A DNA stretch of 59,102 nucleotides. Origin: Kiritimatiellia bacterium (GTDB lineage Bacteria > Verrucomicrobiota > Kiritimatiellia > RFP12 > UBA1067). Shown piece by piece: positions 9,325-17,056 of the stretch. The notes beneath the pieces were generated by a model. It saw nothing but the letters and a program-made list of their open reading frames with translations, did not search any database and was not told the origin of the DNA. Each line of letters begins with the position of its first letter. Position 1 is the first letter of the stretch. The stretch is from positions 1 to 59,102 of the forward strand of contig JAGYOL010000002.1 of the NCBI GenBank assembly GCA_018399555.1, in the 5' to 3' direction. The translations under genes and the position numbers were made by a program.

Positions 9325-11106
9325 TTAAAAATGATAAATGCAGGAAAGATAGACTTCATGCCTTTCCATGTCGGTTTCCAATGTGTCTTTCTGGCCGGGA
9401 ACCAGTGTGCCCATAACGTTGTTGCCCCAGGAGTACATATAGGCCACATCGATTATAATCTTGTTGGCTCCGCGTCCGATTGAAAAGCCTGATCCCAGCG
9501 TGACGCCCCAATACTCATCCGGACGACCGATTGCGGGCCGCTGTTCCCAGGAGAGACCCGCACGAAACGGGATCTCTGTTTTCGACAGCACCCATAGATA
9601 TTCGGTGCCGGTGCGCAGTGCCCAGCAGTCATCAACAGAGTGGTCACCGTAATCGGAACCGTCAATCGGGTTGATGCGCTTTTCGCCGTCAGCCTTGAAT
9701 GAATAATCCGACCACCAGGTCTGGCTCACATCGAAAGAGGTTGAGAGTCGGTTGTTCCAGTGCCATACGGTACCGGCTGACCACTGCAGGGGAAATTCGA
9801 ATTCAACATCTTTTGATTCGTGTCGGGTGCTGGCGGCTCTGGTGTTGTCGCCTTCGGTGGTCACACTGGAATAAATTCTGCGGGATTGGCGCGCCTTGGC
9901 GGTCCAGGGCAGATCAAGGCAGAAGCCGAGAGTCAGTTTCTCATTGACATTCAGCAGAGTTCCCAAGGTGGCGTTGACACCGCGGAAACTGGTGATGCGG
10001 TCATAAACATCGTAACGTCCGGTATAGTGGATTCGCGACAGATCGGTACGGTTTTCAGAGCTTGAATACGGCGGCACTTCACCGGATTCCGGGCCGATCG
10101 GCATGTTGAGTGTGGGACTGATATACTCGCCCGTGTAACTCCAGAAACCAGAGGTGTCGCGGTAATCGGAGGTAGTGGTCAGCTTGTCGAGTGTACCGTG
10201 GTAACTGGCCTTTGTGCGTGAATGAATATCGGGCGAACCCAGTAAACCCTCCTGATAAAGGTTGAGGGCAATACCGAAAGCCAGTTTGGGAGTGGCCTGA
10301 AAAGCGAAAGCCGGTGTGATTGCCTGCACACTGCCTTCCTGCTCGAAATCCAGCCGTCCGAGAGTTGAAGAGCTGAGTGTCTGATCCAGAATTGTGGTTT
10401 TGCGGGTGGTCAGATATTCGGTCACATCCACATATCCATTGGCAGCTGCATAGCGGTTGAAGAGGGTTTCGGTGGTAGTTGAGCTTCTGGTATAACGTTC
10501 GCTGCTGGTTGCGCGGTCATGAAAGTGTGCGTGAAAGCGTTGCGAAAAATCATAAACCTCCTGGTAGTTCAAAGACAGCACTGCGGTGTGTCCGAACAGC
10601 CGTAGCGGCAGAACTGCGCTCATGTAATTCAGGGCGTGATTGCTGTATTCATCATCGCCGACTTTGTAATCGGGGTTCCCTGAGTAGTGTGACAGCCTGT
10701 CGTGTTTCAGACGGTAGACAAATGAAAACTCCGGGCGTTCGAGCTGCGTAAGCCCTGCCGGGTTCCATGAAGCTGCCGTGGCATCGTCGGCAACCGCAGT
10801 AAAGGCGCCGGCCACACCAAGAGCCCGTGCGCCTGAACCGCTGGGCAGCGGTGCTGAAAATATTGTGGGAGCCGAAAAGGGAGGTGCGGATGGTGCCGAA
10901 GGTTTCAGCAGTGAGCCGCCCTGATCAACATGCACCAGGGGGATCTCAACATCACCCGCTAATGTTGAAAGGGTGAAACTGTCCGCAATTGCCGGTGTCG
11001 GAAGAACTGCGGCAGCCGCCAGTGCAGTCCTTAATAAACGTGGTTTCCCGCGACCCTTAAATACCGCCGGAGCGGTGACTTTTTTGAGTATGCTCCTGAA
11101 ACTCAT
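9325..11106 (-). CDS. FadL/TodX-like outer-membrane beta-barrel protein
   Basis: Signal peptide. N-terminal motif GARALGVAGAFTAVADDATAASWNPAGL is typical of FadL/Toluene_X/PorV-like barrels. Alternating beta-strand pattern throughout and a C-terminal aromatic residue (…CIYHF). Confidence 0.75.
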   Translation of the reverse strand: MSFRSILKKVTAPAVFKGRGKPRLLRTALAAAAVLPTPAIADSFTLSTLAGDVEIPLVHVDQGGSLLKPSAPSAPPFSAPTIFSAPLPSGSGARALGVAGAFTAVADDATAASWNPAGLTQLERPEFSFVYRLKHDRLSHYSGNPDYKVGDDEYSNHALNYMSAVLPLRLFGHTAVLSLNYQEVYDFSQRFHAHFHDRATSSERYTRSSTTTETLFNRYAAANGYVDVTEYLTTRKTTILDQTLSSSTLGRLDFEQEGSVQAITPAFAFQATPKLAFGIALNLYQEGLLGSPDIHSRTKASYHGTLDKLTTTSDYRDTSGFWSYTGEYISPTLNMPIGPESGEVPPYSSSENRTDLSRIHYTGRYDVYDRITSFRGVNATLGTLLNVNEKLTLGFCLDLPWTAKARQSRRIYSSVTTEGDNTRAASTRHESKDVEFEFPLQWSAGTVWHWNNRLSTSFDVSQTWWSDYSFKADGEKRINPIDGSDYGDHSVDDCWALRTGTEYLWVLSKTEIPFRAGLSWEQRPAIGRPDEYWGVTLGSGFSIGRGANKIIIDVAYMYSWGNNVMGTLVPGQKDTLETDMERHEVYLSCIYHF

Positions 11107-11290
11107 ATCACAACCCGATCACTTTCAAATAACCCGCACGGTTTAAATTGTAGGCGATTAGTTCACAATAATCAACCGAGTAAAATCAAAGCTTTATCTT
11201 TTCAGTCGTTTGAAAGTGCTGGCTTCTTTCATAAGTAGAAGATATAATCACAATGTTTTTAAGTTGTGTGCAAAGTGGCGGGGTAAATCT

Positions 11291-11878
11291 GTGAACAGAG
11301 CGTGTGATCTCAATCAACCGGATATCGATGGGTTGAAGGCTAATGATGAAAGGGCCTGGGGGTGCTTTTTTTCCGAGTATGAGAGGGAGATACGCGCTGT
11401 CGCCGCTTGGCCCAAATGGCATTTTGATGCGCACACGCGCGAGGATGTCGTACAGATCATCAAAGTTGCAATCGTACAGTCAATAGAAAATCTGCACTCT
11501 GAGCAGGCTTTGCGGGCATTTGTCCGCAAAATATGCGTTCACAGATGTATTGATATGCTGCGCAGAAAGTTGCGTGAGAAGGGAAGGTTGCTGCCGCTGG
11601 GCCGATACAATGATCACGGTGAGTGGGAAAATGTTGATGTTGTCGCTGACGATGAATTTGATCCCGTTTCAGCACTCCTTCGGATCGAACGTGTTTTAGC
11701 AGTCAGAGCAGCACTGGCGCAGCTGGATGAGAGTTGTCAGCAGATGATCAGTCAATTTTATGTAGACAATCTCTCTTATCGCGAAATAGCCGAAGTTGAA
11801 GGCATATCGATCAATACGGTGGGGAGCAGACTTTCACGCTGTCTTAACAAACTCAGACCTCTCTTGAATTTTTTTTAG
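11291..11878 (+). CDS. ECF-type RNA polymerase sigma-70 family factor
   Basis: Region 2 (FFSEYEREIRAVA..EDVVQI) and region 4 HTH (LSYREIAEVEGISINTVGSRLSRCLNKLR). The track ORF begins at a TTG (11210) with no SD. The in-frame GTG at 11291 lies downstream of a perfect TATAAT (11243..11248), so it is preferred, but the start remains uncertain. Confidence 0.8.
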   Translation: MNRACDLNQPDIDGLKANDERAWGCFFSEYEREIRAVAAWPKWHFDAHTREDVVQIIKVAIVQSIENLHSEQALRAFVRKICVHRCIDMLRRKLREKGRLLPLGRYNDHGEWENVDVVADDEFDPVSALLRIERVLAVRAALAQLDESCQQMISQFYVDNLSYREIAEVEGISINTVGSRLSRCLNKLRPLLNFF

Positions 11879-11933
11879 GGAATATATTTGTTTCCCGTAC
11901 GACATTAGAACTGGTGACGGTAACAACATCGGC

Positions 11934-12770
11934 ATGGAGCCTATCCGGCAAGGAGGATGTGTGAAAGAAAGATCATCCAGCGAGATTAAAACTGTATGGG
12001 CCTATCTGCATGGCGAATTAACAGATGATGAACGTCGCCTTTTCGAGCGGCGCATGCAGATGGATGCAGAGCTGCGGTGGTTGTATGCTGATGCCGCCCG
12101 GATGAATAGTCTCCTGCGCGAGACCATACCTGCGCAGGAGAGAGCGGATTGCTCTGTTGAAGCCTTGGTCGAAGAGGCACTTTCCGTTTGGGAGCAAAGC
12201 TCATCCGGTGATGCGGAGAACTCTGAACTGGGTGGAAATGTCGAAGTTGGCAATGGTGATGTTTATAAGTTGAGTCGAGTTATGTCGACATCCAAATGGT
12301 GGAAAATCCTCTCTCATCCCGCACTCGGGTTTGGTGCCCTGGCTGCGGCTGCCGTTATTATGCTTGCCTCGCCGGGGTTACGTGGTTCCGTTCCGCTGCG
12401 ATGGGATAAAGCTGAATTCACACCGCTGGCTCTGCGTGGCCAGCATTCGACGGCGTATGACAATGGATTAACGGAGGAGGTTGCAGTTCGCTGTCGGCAG
12501 TTATTGAGGGTGAAGCTGGAACGTGAGCTGGCCGGACGCAACCTCGGTTCTCTTTCGCCCATGACGGCTTCGCTGCAATTGCGTGAACTGCGTGACGGTG
12601 CTTTTTCGTTGACGGTTAAGATACGCGCGCAGTCAGGTGTCAGTGTCGGTTTCTGGAGCGGCGACTACTCCGGGGAGGCACTCTTCAGAGAACAGGCGGG
12701 AAGCTCGGCGGCGGTCATGGCTGATGATCTTGCCGCATGGTTAGACTCATACGGGGGGGAAGATCAATGA
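11934..12770 (+). CDS. Single-pass membrane anti-sigma factor (non-zinc anti-sigma N-terminal domain, periplasmic C-terminal domain)
   Basis: N-terminus VWAYLHGELTDDERRLFERRMQMDAELR resembles the anti-sigma domain but lacks the HxxxCxxC cysteines. One TM segment (ALGFGALAAAAVIMLA). Sits immediately downstream of the ECF sigma gene. An alternative GTG start at 11961 follows AGGAGG. Confidence 0.65.
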   Translation: MEPIRQGGCVKERSSSEIKTVWAYLHGELTDDERRLFERRMQMDAELRWLYADAARMNSLLRETIPAQERADCSVEALVEEALSVWEQSSSGDAENSELGGNVEVGNGDVYKLSRVMSTSKWWKILSHPALGFGALAAAAVIMLASPGLRGSVPLRWDKAEFTPLALRGQHSTAYDNGLTEEVAVRCRQLLRVKLERELAGRNLGSLSPMTASLQLRELRDGAFSLTVKIRAQSGVSVGFWSGDYSGEALFREQAGSSAAVMADDLAAWLDSYGGEDQ

Positions 12771-14944
12771 GCAAAGTAACGCAGAAGAAAAGATACGCGT
12801 TTTCTATAATTCTGACCTGTACGTTGCTGATTGTACTTGCTGGTTGTCTGGTACCGCTCTCGGAGGAGCAGGGTGAGACCATGTACTATCATAACTGGTG
12901 GAACTACTATGAACGTGCCGTATATCGTATGTGTCAGGGCAGAATTGATGCGGCTAGTGAAGATTTTGAGCGTTGTCTGGGAGTGCGCAGCGGTGCTAAA
13001 TTCGGTAATTCACAGGACATGTGGCGTGCACGTACCTACGGACTTCATTTTCTGGAGGGATATTTCCCGAATCGGGAACTCGGTATCTGCCACTATGAAA
13101 AGAATAATATAACGCAGGCGGTTTCCTATCTCGAAATATCGTTGCGACAGGAGCCTTCCGGGCGTGCCAAGCACTATCTCAATTTGGCTCGGGGGAAATT
13201 ATATTCAGGACGGACGGTGCCGCCGCCCGGTTTTAGATTCGATACAGATATTGATGCACTTTTGACCAGTGAACGCAGCATCGAACTCTCCGGCAGTGTG
13301 GCGGGCAGAGCGTGCATACGTCGTTTGAGTGTAGGGGGGCATTCTGAATTTATCGAACTGGCGCCGCCTTCAATGAGTTTTAAACGCGTGATTACTCTTT
13401 CGCCGGGAACCAATGTGATAGCCGTCACAGCGGAGGATCTGCTTGGGCAGTCGGTTACACAACTGGTTGTCAGAGTAGCCGACCGCCAGCCGCCGCGTCT
13501 GCTGGTGCGGCGGCTGTCCAGAGTTGGCGGCGACTGGCTGTTAGAGGGGTTCTGTCGAGACGAGTACGGTCTGGCGGAGGTAACAGGAGGGTCAGCTCAG
13601 ATCTATCGCGCCGGTGGCGATGCCGACGCGGTGGAGTTTGAGGTGCCGGTTGCACTGCGTTTGACAGGCAGCGGCATCAAGTTCCGGGCGGTTGACTGTG
13701 CTGGCAATGTGCTGGTCTGCCCGCTCAATGCGGAAATGCTGCAGACAGATGAGGGCTTATCTGATCTTTCCGCGCTGCCAGTTCCGGTTGTCGGCTTTGC
13801 CGGACATCTCGCACTGGCCGCTGGTGCCGGCTGCTGTCGCTGGCTGTCCTCTCCGGAGTTTGGTAATCTGGTTAACGGCGTGTTGCCGACGGAACTGACC
13901 TCTGCCGGGGTTTATCTTCCATCCTTTGTTTTCGCCGCGGTGACCGCTTCGCCGCAGGTGGCGCAGTCAGCCGATCGCTTGCGACCCTCACTGCTGCTCA
14001 AGGATTGTCAGCCGCTGACACGCGTTTATGCGGAAGATTTTTTTCTGGATGGACGGGCCTCGGACGGCGGCGGGTTGGCCAGCGTAACCATCAATGGGGA
14101 AACACTACTGCAGGCCGGTGACGAAGGTGCGCTTAGTGCTTATTTTATGCGGCGTATTCCGTTAGATATGGGAACAAATGAATTCGAGGTGGTCGCAACG
14201 GATTTAGCTGGCAACCGCAGTGTGCGGGAGTTGAAAGTGATTCGGTTGCGTCCCGAGTATCAGGATGATGCAATGCGGCTGAGTGTCGGGGTGCCGCCGC
14301 TGACACCGGCGGATACCGGTTATGTGGGTGTGCGTATCAAACGTTCAATGGAGATGGAGCTAACCCGTCCGCCGGTGCGTTTCCGTCTGCTTGAGCGTAG
14401 CGAGGGTTGGGATTTTGTACTGCGTGAACAGGGGTTGAGTCTTTCCGACCTGGCTGATCCCTCGGCGGCGTTGCGTATCGGTAAAATGGTTCCGGCTGAA
14501 ATGCTGTTGATGGGCCGGATTTACACCGAGTCCAAAGGAATCACTATTTATGTCAAGGTTGTGGATACCTCCGAGGGTGTGATTCTGTTTGCCAGTGACG
14601 TATACACCCCGGATCCCGACCGTGTGCTGGATGAGGTTGTATCCGGACTGGTGCTCAAGGTTCAGCAGGGGTTTCCCTTGATCTCAGGCGAGGTGCTTGA
14701 ACATAAGGGTGCGACTGTGACTTTGAATGTCGGCCGTGTCGGCGGAGTTACAAAGAACAGCCGCTTTTTTGTAATAAACACACAAAATAAAGTTGATCTG
14801 GCTCACGGCCAAGTATGCCGTCAATCGGAGAAACCGGTGCAGTTGCAGATTGTGACGGTCGGGCAGGATCACAGTACAGCCCGAATCATTCCACCCGAAG
14901 CTGAAAAAATTGTGAAAGAAGGCTATTATGTCTACACCCGCTGA
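12767..14944 (+). CDS. Lipoprotein with a TPR-like region, two Ig-like domains and a C-terminal CsgG/LpoB-like plus beta-barrel (FlgT_C-like) module
   Basis: The ATG at 12767 overlaps the anti-sigma stop (ATGA). Lipobox LLIVLAGC. Ig-like segments end in GTNVIAVTAEDLLGQS and GTNEFEVVATDLAGNRS. C-terminus: FRLLERSEGWDFVLREQGLSLSDLADPSAALRIGKMVPAEMLLMGRI...YVKVVDTSEGVILFAS. Confidence 0.75.
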   Translation: MSKVTQKKRYAFSIILTCTLLIVLAGCLVPLSEEQGETMYYHNWWNYYERAVYRMCQGRIDAASEDFERCLGVRSGAKFGNSQDMWRARTYGLHFLEGYFPNRELGICHYEKNNITQAVSYLEISLRQEPSGRAKHYLNLARGKLYSGRTVPPPGFRFDTDIDALLTSERSIELSGSVAGRACIRRLSVGGHSEFIELAPPSMSFKRVITLSPGTNVIAVTAEDLLGQSVTQLVVRVADRQPPRLLVRRLSRVGGDWLLEGFCRDEYGLAEVTGGSAQIYRAGGDADAVEFEVPVALRLTGSGIKFRAVDCAGNVLVCPLNAEMLQTDEGLSDLSALPVPVVGFAGHLALAAGAGCCRWLSSPEFGNLVNGVLPTELTSAGVYLPSFVFAAVTASPQVAQSADRLRPSLLLKDCQPLTRVYAEDFFLDGRASDGGGLASVTINGETLLQAGDEGALSAYFMRRIPLDMGTNEFEVVATDLAGNRSVRELKVIRLRPEYQDDAMRLSVGVPPLTPADTGYVGVRIKRSMEMELTRPPVRFRLLERSEGWDFVLREQGLSLSDLADPSAALRIGKMVPAEMLLMGRIYTESKGITIYVKVVDTSEGVILFASDVYTPDPDRVLDEVVSGLVLKVQQGFPLISGEVLEHKGATVTLNVGRVGGVTKNSRFFVINTQNKVDLAHGQVCRQSEKPVQLQIVTVGQDHSTARIIPPEAEKIVKEGYYVYTR

Positions 14945-17054
14945 CAACAATACAAAAAACGGTTCTGCACAACCTTCTGACGCAGGTGCGAATGCGTGGA
15001 AGATCAACCGGACAGGACTCGCCGCTCCGTCTGTGAGTGAACCTCGTAAAGAGATACTGGTAAACGACGAAGAGGTTGATGGTGTGAAAGACCGCTCTCA
15101 TTCGCGAGTTGCGAGCGGGCGCGGCCGGGGTTGGCTGTTTATAAATCTCGCAGCTGGCGTGATTCTGTTTGTGGTGCTGGGATTACTCTGGGCCGAGAAG
15201 CGCAGTGCCGTCTCTGCGGCGGATGAGTCCGATCGGATAATGAGATCGGAAGGCGCTGTGAACTCAGCCGCTGCAGCCGGAGAGGCGGGCGAAATGCCGC
15301 GTTACCGTGCTCTGGTAATTGGTATCAACCGCTATTCTCAGGTGAATGGAGAGGGCTGGCCGCAGCTGCGCACCGCACGGGCGGATGCGGAGGCTGTCGC
15401 TGAAACCTTGATCAGCCGTTTCGGATTCGAGGTGCGGACCCTTCTTGATGAACAGGCCACCCGTTCAGCTGTCCTGAGTGCGTTGGATGAGATGGCCACC
15501 ACCGGTGATGACGGAGCCGACCTGATCTATTTCGCAGGTCACGGAAGTTTCGATGAGAAACTGCAGGAGGGCTATTGGATTCCGGTGGATGCGCGAAAGA
15601 GCATTGCCGGCCACGCGGCCAAAGATGGATGGTTGTGGAATTCGACGCTGACACGTCTGATCAGTGCCTCGAATGCCCGGCATGTTCTGGTGCTTTCGGA
15701 TGCCTGCTACAGCGGCTCTCTGTTTCGTGGTGACAAGCCGCTGAGTGCCGCTAGAAGCAGGGGATGGTATGAGCGTGCTATTTCGATACCGTCACGCTAT
15801 CTGATAACCAGTGGCGGGTTGGAGCCAGTGCTGGACAGCGGCACTGAACACAGTGTCTTTGCCCAACAGGTGCTCAACTATCTCAACTACAGTGAACCGG
15901 ATGTTTTTTCGGCCAACGATCTCGGGTCGGCCCTGCGGGAGCAGGTTGCATCTCTGACCGGTCAAATGGTGCAGATGGGGCCGCTGCCCCTGAGTGCCCA
16001 TGCTGGCGGCGAGTTTGTTTTCGTGCGTCACGCGCAGGGTCGCCCTCTGGCCGAATTAAAACCATCAGCAGGATTTTCTGTTGGTACGCGTGAGGCGGCC
16101 GATCGCGGTGCGGATGCGTCGTTCAGCAGAGATGAGGCACTGCGTAACGCTCTGGCACTCACCCGTGCCGGTGCCTCCAGATCAGCTGTCTCGCTGATCA
16201 ACGTTGTTTTGCAGCAGAATGCCCAGGATCAGCTGGCTCGTGCCGTTGCAGATTACATCAGGCGCAGCGAACAGAAGGAGGGACGCGACGAGTTGCGCCA
16301 GCTGATCGAGAAGATCGATGCTCGTGGAAAAACTGCGCCAGCTACGGGAAGGAATATCTCCGTTGTGCCTCCGCCCCGGGTTCTCGCCTGCCTGGGTCCT
16401 GAAATTTCATCCGGCACTCCGACTGCGGAGCACATTGCTTTGCTTTACCGTATTATGCTACGTTCCGGTTTGGAGAACCGTGTGGCACTGCGGGTGATTG
16501 AGCGTGAGGCTCTGGAAACTCTGTTGCAGGAGCAGAATCTCGGGGCATCCACGCTGGCTGATCCGCGTGCACGCCTGGCTATCGGCAAACTGCTTCCTGC
16601 CAGTCTGCTGCTGTTGGGTGATGTAATCCCCTCTGATTCGGGAGAGTTGATATACCTGCGTCTGGTGGACACCGAAACAACTCAGGTATTGGCGTCATTT
16701 TCAGCTGCACGTACGGATACGGTCGATCAGGAGAAAGTCTGTGACGATCTGACCGCCCGTATCTCGGATCGGATTGTCGCACTCAAACCCTTGACGGCAG
16801 TGGTCACAGAGCTCGCCGATACGCATCTGCGTGCCGCCCTGGGAAACTATCACGCCGTCAAAAAAGGTGCTGTCTTCACAGTTCTGTCTCGCAGACAGCG
16901 TGACAAAAAGCTGCCTGGTGATTTTGAAGAATGTGTGCTCGGCAGTGCTACGGTTAACACCCTTTCAGAGTTCTCCTGCGATCTGGATGTTGTGTGGGGT
17001 GAGGAAGCACCAGCGACGGGCAATGATCTTTGGATACGGGAGTTGTCTGAGTGA
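14928..17054 (+). CDS. Membrane-anchored periplasmic caspase-like (peptidase C14) protein with a C-terminal CsgG/LpoB-like module
   Basis: One TM segment (WLFINLAAGVILFVVLGLLWA). Caspase p20-like core RYRALVIGINRY...LIYFAGHGS (His205, 15540..15542)...VLVLSDACYSGS (Cys260, 15705..15707). The C-terminus is homologous to the upstream lipoprotein. The start overlaps the upstream gene by 17 nt. Confidence 0.85.
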   Translation: MSTPADNNTKNGSAQPSDAGANAWKINRTGLAAPSVSEPRKEILVNDEEVDGVKDRSHSRVASGRGRGWLFINLAAGVILFVVLGLLWAEKRSAVSAADESDRIMRSEGAVNSAAAAGEAGEMPRYRALVIGINRYSQVNGEGWPQLRTARADAEAVAETLISRFGFEVRTLLDEQATRSAVLSALDEMATTGDDGADLIYFAGHGSFDEKLQEGYWIPVDARKSIAGHAAKDGWLWNSTLTRLISASNARHVLVLSDACYSGSLFRGDKPLSAARSRGWYERAISIPSRYLITSGGLEPVLDSGTEHSVFAQQVLNYLNYSEPDVFSANDLGSALREQVASLTGQMVQMGPLPLSAHAGGEFVFVRHAQGRPLAELKPSAGFSVGTREAADRGADASFSRDEALRNALALTRAGASRSAVSLINVVLQQNAQDQLARAVADYIRRSEQKEGRDELRQLIEKIDARGKTAPATGRNISVVPPPRVLACLGPEISSGTPTAEHIALLYRIMLRSGLENRVALRVIEREALETLLQEQNLGASTLADPRARLAIGKLLPASLLLLGDVIPSDSGELIYLRLVDTETTQVLASFSAARTDTVDQEKVCDDLTARISDRIVALKPLTAVVTELADTHLRAALGNYHAVKKGAVFTVLSRRQRDKKLPGDFEECVLGSATVNTLSEFSCDLDVVWGEEAPATGNDLWIRELSE
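15297..15890 (+). other. Caspase/peptidase-C14-like catalytic domain of the 14928..17054 product
   Basis: His-Gly and Ala-Cys dyad motifs in canonical order and spacing (see parent CDS). Confidence 0.75.
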
Positions 17055-17056
17055 TC

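Noticed and set aside
11138-11166. Possible ECF-type promoter (GTGAAC ... CGT on the minus strand) upstream of the outer-membrane barrel gene
   Set aside because: The spacing between AAC and CGT is 20 nt, which is longer than the 16-17 nt typical of ECF promoters. The match is too short to distinguish from chance.
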